From NCBI GenBank assembly GCA_035464315.1, contig DATHSI010000227.1, forward strand, positions 1-42,078: a DNA stretch of 42,078 nt, given 5' to 3'. Both the position numbers and the translations under genes were made by a program. The notes beneath the pieces are model-generated. The model saw only the letters and a program-made list of their open reading frames with translations, did no database searches and was not told the DNA's origin. Source of the DNA: Candidatus Sulfomarinibacteraceae bacterium. Its GTDB lineage: Bacteria > Chloroflexota > Anaerolineae > Promineifilales > Promineifilaceae. This document shows positions 31,942-40,908 of the stretch, one piece after another (position 1 is the stretch's first letter; the number at the start of each line of letters is the position of its first letter).

Positions 31942-33040
31942 AGATTCTCAGCGTTTCCTGCGCCGCGCGCGCCCAGCTGAAACGGGCGGCCTGTTCCAGG
32001 CCTAGATGCCGGCGTTGATGGTAGTCGTCGCTGTCCTGCAGCAGGCGGCGAATCACGTTCGCCATTTCCTCGGTGCTGGTGGGATCGAAGTAGGCCGCTG
32101 CGTCGCCGCCCACTTCAGGGTGCGAGCTGCTGTTGCTGGCGGCGACGACCTGGCCACAGGCCATATGCTCCAGGAGCGGCAGGCCGAAGCCTTCGTAGAG
32201 GCTGGGCTGCACGGCGAGGTCGGCGGCGGCAATGACGGCGGGTAAATCGTCGTCCGCCACCCAGCCCAACGGCACAACCGCATCCTGTAGGCCCAGCTCT
32301 TCGATGCGCGCGAAGAAATCGTCGTAGAGCCAGCCCTTGCTGCCTGCCAGGACCAGGTGCAGGTCGGGGTAGTCGCGGCGCACGATGAGCAGCGCGTCCA
32401 GTAGGCGACTCAGGTTCTTGCGCGGTTCGATGGTGCCCAGGTGAATCAGGAACTGCGGGGGCAGATCGTACTGTGCCCGCACGCGTTGCACGTCTCGCGC
32501 CTCCGGTGGGCGGAAATGATCGGCCGCTGCTTCGTGAACGACGTGTATCTTAGCCGGATCGACCGCGTAATGCGTGATGATATCCTGTCGTGTGGCCTGC
32601 GAAACGGCCACGATGGCTGCGGCGCGCCGGCAGAAAATGGGCATGGCTGCGTTCAGAAACCAATAATTTAACTTTTTGTGGTAGGCGGGAAAGAGCTTGA
32701 AAATCAGGTCGTGCACCGTGAGGACGGTGGGCACGCCGCGCAGGGGCAAGAGCAGATGCTCCGTGCTGTGGAACAGCGTGGCGTCCGGCACCAGGCGGTT
32801 GAAACCCTTCCGGCTGAGGTGGCCCAGCAACACCAGCATGCGCCACGGTTTGTAGCCCAGCTTTATGCTGCGGCGGGGAGCCGAGGCCAACGAGGTGGGC
32901 AGGACACCGTCGGCCCCTCTATTATAGAAAAGAGCGATCTCCTCCGCTCGCTGCGCGCGCAAAGCCTGCGCCAGTCGCTCGCTGTAGCGGCCAAGGCCGG
33001 CCCGGCTGTGAACGGCTGCCGACACATCTACGTAGATCAC
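31922..33040 (-). CDS. glycosyltransferase family 4 (GT-B, retaining)
   Basis: EGFGLPLLEHMACGQVVAASNSSSHPEVGGDAAAYFDP is the classic GT4 EX7E region. GTG start at 33040. Confidence 0.75.
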   Translation of the reverse strand: MIYVDVSAAVHSRAGLGRYSERLAQALRAQRAEEIALFYNRGADGVLPTSLASAPRRSIKLGYKPWRMLVLLGHLSRKGFNRLVPDATLFHSTEHLLLPLRGVPTVLTVHDLIFKLFPAYHKKLNYWFLNAAMPIFCRRAAAIVAVSQATRQDIITHYAVDPAKIHVVHEAAADHFRPPEARDVQRVRAQYDLPPQFLIHLGTIEPRKNLSRLLDALLIVRRDYPDLHLVLAGSKGWLYDDFFARIEELGLQDAVVPLGWVADDDLPAVIAAADLAVQPSLYEGFGLPLLEHMACGQVVAASNSSSHPEVGGDAAAYFDPTSTEEMANVIRRLLQDSDDYHQRRHLGLEQAARFSWARAAQETLRIYDAIRK

Positions 33041-33085
33041 GGCGCCAACCGCAACGCGCCCGCCTGCTGGCTGTTTGTTGCTACG

Positions 33086-33127
33086 ATCATGCTTGCTCCA
33101 TCATGCTTGCGCCATCATACTTGCTCT
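33086..33127 (-). repeat. 3 x 14-bp tandem repeat (minus strand GGnGCAAGyATGAT) spanning the epimerase stop and the GT4 5' leader
   Basis: Plus strand atcatgcttgctcc / atcatgcttgcgcc / atcatacttgctct. Each unit carries an SD-like GGAG/GGCG/AGAG + ATGAT on the coding (minus) strand. Confidence 0.7.
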
Positions 33128-34068
33128 TTTTCCCACCACTCCGTGCACCAGGAGACCGCTTTATGAATGCCTTCACGCAGAGGCGTTGCCGGCTCGTAGC
33201 CGAGGAGCGCGCGCGCCTTGCCGATGTTGGCCACGTAATGGGTGACTTCGCCCACACGAGAGGGTTCGATGGACATCTCGGGCTCCACGCCCAGGGCCTG
33301 GCCTACGTAACGGGCCATGGTCACCAGGCTGTTGCCCTGTCCATAAGCCAGGTTGATGGTGTGGTTGGCCTCGTCGCCGGAAGCCAGCAGGTCAATGCCC
33401 GCACGCACGCCCGCGATGCAGTCGTCGACGTAGGTGAAATCGAGTACTTTGTCTTCGCCGTAAATTGTGATCGGTTCGCCGCGGTCGATTTTACGGATAA
33501 AGAGGGGGATCACGCGCTCCATGCGCTCCAGGTCGTTATCGTAACGCCCGTAGACGTTGCTGAAGCGGAAAACCAGATAGCGCAACCCGTAACATTGGGC
33601 GTAGGCGTAGATCAGGGCCTCCCCGGAGATTTTGCTCGCGGAGTAGGGACTCTCCGTAAAGGCGAAGTCGGCGTACGATTCCTCGGTGATGTAGCGGTGG
33701 ATATCACCGTACACCTCGCGCGAGCTGCTGAAGATGAGGGGCAGAGCGTTCTGGCGGCAGAACTCGAGCACGTTGTAGGTCATGGTGATATTTTGCAGAG
33801 CGCGGTCGGGCTCTTCGACCAACTCGTGCACCTTGGCGTGAGCCGCAAAGTGCACCACGACGTCCAGATCTTCCGGATATTGCACGTGGCCGATGCCGCC
33901 CTCGAAGCTGTGATAGGGCGCGCTCAAGTCCTGCAACAGCGTTTCGAATTCGTCCGTCCAGGGGTTGAGACGGATGTCGATGCCAAATACGTAATGTCCA
34001 TCGCGGAGCAGGCTCAGGGCCAGGTTGGTCCCGATCTGCCCGCTGGAACCGGTAATTAAAACTCGCAT
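33115..34068 (-). CDS. NAD-dependent epimerase/dehydratase (SDR family; UDP-sugar epimerase-like)
   Basis: N-terminal MRVLITGSSGQIGTNLALSL Rossmann motif. Catalytic YSASK (YxxxK). AAGGAGA SD upstream of ATG 34068. Confidence 0.85.
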   Translation of the reverse strand: MRVLITGSSGQIGTNLALSLLRDGHYVFGIDIRLNPWTDEFETLLQDLSAPYHSFEGGIGHVQYPEDLDVVVHFAAHAKVHELVEEPDRALQNITMTYNVLEFCRQNALPLIFSSSREVYGDIHRYITEESYADFAFTESPYSASKISGEALIYAYAQCYGLRYLVFRFSNVYGRYDNDLERMERVIPLFIRKIDRGEPITIYGEDKVLDFTYVDDCIAGVRAGIDLLASGDEANHTINLAYGQGNSLVTMARYVGQALGVEPEMSIEPSRVGEVTHYVANIGKARALLGYEPATPLREGIHKAVSWCTEWWEKEQV

Positions 34069-34120
34069 AGATTCTCCTTTGCCTCGCGGATTTTATGGGC
34101 GTAGGGCATTGGTGGCAAGC

Positions 34121-34250
34121 GGCCGAGCTCTGCTCGGCTGGGGCCAAGCTTCGCTCGGCTGGGGCCAAACGAAGTTTGGCCGGGCCTGACCGCTGCTTAG
34201 TCAGGATTGAACTTCGTTTGGCCGGGCCTGACCGTTGCTTAGCCAGGGTT
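34121..34250. repeat. structured intergenic region: two 17-nt direct repeats (period 20) and two 27-nt direct repeats (period 42) with embedded hairpins
   Basis: gctcggctggggccaa at 34133 and 34153. gtttggccgggcctgaccg(c/t)tgcttag at 34174 and 34216. Hairpins gccgagc-tct-gctcggc and ggccaaa-cgaag-tttggcc. A longer stem pairs aaacgaagtt with aacttcgttt. Confidence 0.6.
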
Positions 34251-34259
34251 GGAGTTTGT

Positions 34260-35012
34260 TCAGCCGGGGCGGTTGAGCAGGACGCGCAGGGCAAAATGGG
34301 GCAGGGCCAGCATGCGACGCCAGCGCCAGGGTTCGTGCAGCAGGCGGTGTAGCCATTCCAGCCCCAGGCGTTGCCAGCCACGCGGCGCGCGGATGGCGCG
34401 GCCCGTGACGAAGTCGAGAGCGCCGCCCACGCCCAGAGCCAGGCGCACGTCCGTCAGCGCGTGGCGGTTGCGCGCAATCCACTTGTCTTGCCGTGGCGCG
34501 CCGTAGGCCACGTAGAGCACGCGGGCGCCGCTGTTGTTGATGCGCGACACGATTTCGTCGTTCTCGGCGGGGTTCGGCGAGCCGGCGTACGCGCCGGCAA
34601 TCGTCAGCCCTGCATAGCGCGCGCGAAATATCTCGCCCGCCTCCTGGGCCACGCCGGGCGCCGCTCCCAACAGGTACAGGGGCCAGCCCTCCTGCGCCGC
34701 TAGCTGCGCCAGATGGTAAACTAGCTCAGACCCCGGTACGCGTTCCGGCAGACGCTGCCCGTAGCGTCGCGCTGCGTAGAGCAGACCTATGCCGTCCGGC
34801 AGGCAGAGATCGGCTTCGCGCAACACCTTCAAGAAGTGTGCGTCGCGCTGCGCCGTCATCACAAACTCAGGGTTTACCGTGGCGATCTGGTGCAGGCGCG
34901 GCTCCTGCATGAAGGTGCGCGCAAGGCGCAGCGTCTCGTCCATGGTCACGGGATGGATGGGAACGTCCAGAATGGGTAGCGGGCTGGGGGAAGCGCCAGA
35001 GACGTCGCTCAT
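34260..35012 (-). CDS. WecB/TagA/CpsF-family glycosyltransferase (N-acetylmannosaminyl-type transferase)
   Basis: ILDVPIHPVTMDETL...ATVNPEFVM...LPDGIGLLYAARRYG...GAPPGVAQEAGE...YAGSPNP pattern of the Glyco_tran_WecB family. Start set at ATG 35012, which overlaps the upstream stop (ATGA). The 80-aa N-terminal extension in the track ORF overlaps the upstream gene and is rejected. Confidence 0.65.
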   Translation of the reverse strand: MSDVSGASPSPLPILDVPIHPVTMDETLRLARTFMQEPRLHQIATVNPEFVMTAQRDAHFLKVLREADLCLPDGIGLLYAARRYGQRLPERVPGSELVYHLAQLAAQEGWPLYLLGAAPGVAQEAGEIFRARYAGLTIAGAYAGSPNPAENDEIVSRINNSGARVLYVAYGAPRQDKWIARNRHALTDVRLALGVGGALDFVTGRAIRAPRGWQRLGLEWLHRLLHEPWRWRRMLALPHFALRVLLNRPG

Positions 35013-36139
35013 GTGTCTGCAACCTTCGCGCCGTCCGCGGCGCTTTCCAGGGCAGCCAGCGCCTCGCGCGCCGCGTTTTTCCAGGTGAAGCGCTGCACGT
35101 TGTCCAGGCCGGCTGTTACTAGTTCCTGCCGCAACGTGCCATCCTCTGCCAGGCGGCGAATTCCGCCGGCGATTGCTGCCGTGTCGCGGGCGTCTACCAG
35201 CAGCGCGGCATCCCCGGCTACTTCGGGCAGCGAGCTGTTGTCGGCGCACAGGACTGCTGTAGCACAGGCCTGTGCTTCCAGGACGGGGAAGCCGAACCCT
35301 TCGTAGAGAGAGGGGAAAAGCAGGGCCGTGGCGCCGCTGAGAAGCGCGGCTTTGTCTTCGGCGGCAACGTATCCGGTCAGGCGCACGCGCGAGGCCACGG
35401 CGGGCGGCAGCGTTTCGATGTGGGACAGGATGGGCTGGGCCAGCCAGCCGGGCTTGCCCGCCAGCACCAGTTGCTGGGGCGCGCCGCTGTCGGCGAAGGC
35501 GTCCAGCAGGCGCACGAGGTTTTTGCGCGGCTGTAGCGTGCCCAGGTATAGAAAATATGGCCTCTCTATTGCGTAATGGTCGAGCGCGGCAGCAAGGGCT
35601 GTCTCCTCGCGCACGGGCTGCAGGTCCGGATCTACGCCAGGGTAGACAACGGTAATTTTCTCCAGTGGGGTACCGTAGAGCCGCGCCAGATCATCTCTGG
35701 TGGCCTGTGAATCGGCCAGCACCCGCCGGCTGCGGCGCGCGTTGTGCCGCGTGCTCCAGTTGAGATAGGCGACCTGGAATCGTGTGTGCGCCTCTGGAAA
35801 ATAGCGGTAGCCGAGATCGTGGATCGTAGCCGCCGCCGCCCCATCGTAAGTGACGGGAATTACATGCGCCGGTGTGAAGAAGAGGTCCGGTGGACGCTGC
35901 CGCAGCTCCCAGCCCAGACGGATGTGGGTCCACAGGCGCGGCCAGGGCATGATCACGCTTTCGGCCCGCGAGCCGCGCGGCAAAAAATCAGGGGGAGGTT
36001 GGCTCTCGAAATAGAGGCGGATCTGGCGCCCACGCTTCTCCGCCAGCGGGATGAGCTCGCGCAAAAGGTGGTAGGCGTATGCTTCGGTGCCTGTACGTTG
36101 GGTTCTGGTTGCCCGGCTGGCATCTATGCCAATGAGCAT
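35009..36139 (-). CDS. glycosyltransferase family 4
   Basis: LYEGFGFPVLEAQACATAVLCADNSSLPEVAGDAALLVDARD (EX7E motif region). GT-B two-domain length. Confidence 0.75.
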   Translation of the reverse strand: MLIGIDASRATRTQRTGTEAYAYHLLRELIPLAEKRGRQIRLYFESQPPPDFLPRGSRAESVIMPWPRLWTHIRLGWELRQRPPDLFFTPAHVIPVTYDGAAAATIHDLGYRYFPEAHTRFQVAYLNWSTRHNARRSRRVLADSQATRDDLARLYGTPLEKITVVYPGVDPDLQPVREETALAAALDHYAIERPYFLYLGTLQPRKNLVRLLDAFADSGAPQQLVLAGKPGWLAQPILSHIETLPPAVASRVRLTGYVAAEDKAALLSGATALLFPSLYEGFGFPVLEAQACATAVLCADNSSLPEVAGDAALLVDARDTAAIAGGIRRLAEDGTLRQELVTAGLDNVQRFTWKNAAREALAALESAADGAKVADT

Positions 36140-36172
36140 AATCTGTTTCGTGCGACGATTGCGGCGGGTGCT

Positions 36173-36763
36173 CTATTGAATCAGGTCCAGACAGGTATCG
36201 TCTTCAATGACCAGGAAATCGAGCGCCACCCACCCTTCGGTGCGCGTGATGGCGGCGCGCACCCGCACCCACGTCACCCCGCCGGATTCCACCGAGGGTT
36301 CTTCGAGCAGCGACACAATCTCCTCTTCCTGTAGAACCTGCAGTTCGGCGCCTCCCGGTTCCTCACGCAGGTTCAGGCCACTTTCACCTGTACCGCGCAC
36401 GATGGCGCGACAAACGCGCGGGGTGGGCGTGATGGTCGGCGCGTCGGGATCGGGTGTTGCCGTGGGCGTCTCGGTCGGCGGAAGGCTGGACAGCGTGGCT
36501 GTAGGCGTGGGAACGCCTTCGATCTCCTCGCCGGCCTGCACCGCCAGTTCCTGCAGATTTTGTTGCCGCTCGTAGAGCAGGAGGCCAATGGCGCCCAGAA
36601 AAAGGAGGGCCGCGGCAATCAGGGTGAAGCTGGCGCGGCGCAAAATCGCCTCGCGCTCCAGGGTGTAGAATCGCGCGCCGCCGCGGCGGATATCGCGGTA
36701 TGCGATCAGGGCGGCGAGAAAAGCCAGTGCCGTCAGAAGGACGGGGAGAAAAATTCCACTCAT
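36173..36763 (-). CDS. membrane-anchored protein: N-terminal TM, Pro/Thr-rich linker, C-terminal SH3b-like domain
   Basis: Start chosen at ATG 36763 (MSGIFLPVLLTALAFLAALIAY), which overlaps the tsaC stop (ATGA). Linker TPTATLSSLPPTETPTATPDPDAPTITPTP. C-terminus GLNLREEPGG...GWVALDFL is SH3_3-like. Architecturally paralogous to 19746..20666. Confidence 0.45.
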   Translation of the reverse strand: MSGIFLPVLLTALAFLAALIAYRDIRRGGARFYTLEREAILRRASFTLIAAALLFLGAIGLLLYERQQNLQELAVQAGEEIEGVPTPTATLSSLPPTETPTATPDPDAPTITPTPRVCRAIVRGTGESGLNLREEPGGAELQVLQEEEIVSLLEEPSVESGGVTWVRVRAAITRTEGWVALDFLVIEDDTCLDLIQ

Positions 36764-37380
36764 GCTCGGTCCAGGGACAGGTCGGCTGCCGACAGCGGTC
36801 CGCGGCGCAGAATGCGGGGCGGCGTTGTGGTGCAATCAACGATAGTGGAGGGCACGCCGTGCGCAACCGGCCCGCCGTCCACAATGGCCGCCACGAGCCC
36901 GCCCAGGGCAGACAGCGCTTCCTGAGCGTTACGCGCCGGCGCTTCGCCGGAGCGGTTGGCGCTGGTGGTGGCCACGGCGCCGCCGGCGTGGCGAATGATG
37001 GCTCGCGCGACTTCGCTATCCGGTATACGCAAAGCGATATTCTCGTTGGGAGACAGGCTGGGGGGCAGGTCGGGCCGGCGGGGCACGATGATGGTCAGCG
37101 CGCCGGGCCAAAAACGCTCCATGAGAGAGCGGGCTATGGTGGGGAAGGAACGGGCGACTTTGTCCACGTCGTCGGTGTCTCCCAGCAGGATGGGGATTCC
37201 CTTGCTCAGGGGCCGTTCCTTCACCTCGTATAATCTTTTGATAGCCGTCTCCTCAAAGGCGCTGACCCCGACACCGTAGAGGGTGTCGGTGGGAAAGACA
37301 ACCAGTTGGCCCGCTTTTAACAAGGCCGCCACATTTTCCAGTGCGCCGTAGGCGGCGGCTGGTATGACCTCTGTCTTCAT
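36760..37380 (-). CDS. tsaC: L-threonylcarbamoyladenylate synthase (TsaC/YrdC family)
   Basis: VVFPTDTLYGVGVSAF and GALTIIVPRRPDLP motifs of the YrdC/Sua5 domain. ~200 aa single-domain form. Confidence 0.8.
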   Translation of the reverse strand: MKTEVIPAAAYGALENVAALLKAGQLVVFPTDTLYGVGVSAFEETAIKRLYEVKERPLSKGIPILLGDTDDVDKVARSFPTIARSLMERFWPGALTIIVPRRPDLPPSLSPNENIALRIPDSEVARAIIRHAGGAVATTSANRSGEAPARNAQEALSALGGLVAAIVDGGPVAHGVPSTIVDCTTTPPRILRRGPLSAADLSLDRA

Positions 37381-37384
37381 TCCG

Positions 37385-38239
37385 TCAGGTTCTAATGGTG
37401 ATTATGCGGTCGTGCCCGCCGTAATCGGGTATCACAGTGACTCGGGCGGCGGGGAATACAGATTGCGCCAAATCCCGGGCGGCCGGGCCCTGGCGCCAGC
37501 CAATTTCCAGAAAAATGGCGCCGCCCGGTTCAAGCCGGGAACGAGCCTGGTGCAGCAGACGGCGAATGAAGTCGAGGCCATCCGGTCCACCACGCAGCGC
37601 CCCGGCGGGTTCGTACCATTTTACCCCATCGTCGATTGCCGTCCACTCCTCATCTGTAATGTAGGGCAGGTTAGCAACGATCAGATCGGGCCTCTGTGCC
37701 AGCGGTTCGAGCAACGACCCCTGCACGAACGTGACCCGGCCTTTCTCCCCGCTTTGGCCGGCGACGCCGTGGCGCGTGGCGTTCTCTCGCGCCACGGTCA
37801 GCGCCGCCGCCGAGACGTCGATGGCCAGGATCGTGGCCTGCGGCAAGTGGCGCGCCAGGGTCACGGCGATGCAACCACTGCCGGCGCCCACATCCACGAT
37901 ATACTGCGCCTCGTGTTCCTCGGCCCAGGCGATTGTGTGCTCTACCAGGAGCTCCGTTTCCGGACGCGGGATAAGTACGTCCGGCGTCACCTTGAAGGTC
38001 AGTCCGTAGAAGGGGGCTTCGCCGGTGATATAGGGGATTGGCTCCCGCTTTACCGCGCGCGCCACCAGAGCGCGAAAGGCAGTTTCCTCATCGTCCTGTA
38101 ACCGCTGCTGGGGGTGAGCCGCCAGATAGCTGTGCGCCACGCCCATCACATATTGCAGTAACAGCCGTGCATCCCCTGCGGCGGTGGGCGACGCCTGCAA
38201 CTGGCGGCGGGCCCAGGCGAGGGCTTGCTGGATGGTCAT
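37385..38239 (-). CDS. prmC: release factor glutamine N5-methyltransferase PrmC (HemK)
   Basis: HemK N-domain with VLIPRPETELLVE. SAM motif DVGAGSGCIAVTLA. Catalytic motif present as NLPY (IVANLPYI), a variant of NPPY. Confidence 0.8.
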   Translation of the reverse strand: MTIQQALAWARRQLQASPTAAGDARLLLQYVMGVAHSYLAAHPQQRLQDDEETAFRALVARAVKREPIPYITGEAPFYGLTFKVTPDVLIPRPETELLVEHTIAWAEEHEAQYIVDVGAGSGCIAVTLARHLPQATILAIDVSAAALTVARENATRHGVAGQSGEKGRVTFVQGSLLEPLAQRPDLIVANLPYITDEEWTAIDDGVKWYEPAGALRGGPDGLDFIRRLLHQARSRLEPGGAIFLEIGWRQGPAARDLAQSVFPAARVTVIPDYGGHDRIITIRT

Positions 38240-38247
38240 GGGGGGAC

Positions 38248-38352
38248 TAGAGATTGGAGATCAGAGATTGGAGATCAGAGATCGGAGATTGGGAAACTTA
38301 CGCTCTCCAACCTCGAATCAACCAATCTCCAGTCAACCGATTTCCAATCTCC
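38248..38352. repeat. GGAGATY-heptad inverted-repeat element, copy D; its distal end overlaps the last codons and stop of cysC
   Basis: Left arm agagattggagatcagagattggagatcagagatcggagattggg. Right arm cgctctccaacctcgaatcaaccaatctccagtcaaccgatttccaatctcccc. The 17-mer ccaatctccagtcaacc is the exact reverse complement of ggttgactggagattgg in copy B. Confidence 0.6.
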
Positions 38353-38896
38353 CCTGTGGAATCAACTGCTGTTGCTCCAGATAATGCAATATTTGTTGCG
38401 CGCTTTCTTGCGGTGTCTGGCGGTCGGTGCGCACGTGGATGTCGGGGCGCACGGGCGCTTCGAAGGGGTCGGAAATGCCGGTGAAGTTTTCGATTTCGCC
38501 GGCGATGGCTTTCTCGTATAGCCCTTTTACGTCACGCTCTTTTACTACTTCCAGAGGGGCGTCGACAAAGACTTCGATGAAGTTAGTGGTTTCCTCGCGC
38601 ACTTTGTCGCGCACCGCCTGATAAGGCGAGATGAAGGAGCAAATGCAGGCGATGCCGTTGCGCGAGAGCAATTTGGCCACGAAGGTCACGCGCTCGATGT
38701 TCTTATCGCGGTCTTCCTTGGTGAACCCGAGATCGCGCGTCAGGCTCTCGCGGACCACGTCGCCGTCGAGGCGCTCCACTTTGAGCCCGCGCTTCTTAAG
38801 TTCTTCTACCAGAATGAGGGCAATAGTCGTCTTGCCGGCGCCGGAGAGGCCCGTCATCCATACAACAAAGCCCGGGTGTGTGTGATTGTCGTTCAT
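38333..38896 (-). CDS. cysC: adenylyl-sulfate (APS) kinase
   Basis: P-loop VVWMTGLSGAGKTT. Classic CysC length and motifs (ICSFISPY, GEIENFTGI). Confidence 0.85.
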   Translation of the reverse strand: MNDNHTHPGFVVWMTGLSGAGKTTIALILVEELKKRGLKVERLDGDVVRESLTRDLGFTKEDRDKNIERVTFVAKLLSRNGIACICSFISPYQAVRDKVREETTNFIEVFVDAPLEVVKERDVKGLYEKAIAGEIENFTGISDPFEAPVRPDIHVRTDRQTPQESAQQILHYLEQQQLIPQGRLEIG

Positions 38897-38915
38897 GATC
38901 CTATGCTCTTTCTAA

Positions 38916-40736
<1,821 letters not shown>

Positions 40737-40908
40737 TCACACGATTGTTATGATTCGCTATTTTTCAAAAAAAAGAGCATCGCGATAGCAATGCCTTCGC
40801 TATTGTATGGTAACGTCGTTCCTCGACAAGTATAATGCAAAATGGTCATGTAATTGGTAATTTTCTCCTCTCTTAATCCTGATGCAGGAGTCATTATAGC
40901 GGCGCTAT

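Noticed and set aside
35013-35249. 80-aa N-terminal extension of the WecB/TagA ORF in the track (start 35249)
   Set aside because: It overlaps the upstream GT4 coding region entirely, is Arg/Gly-rich, and an ATG at 35012 gives the canonical ATGA overlap and a normal WecB N-terminus.
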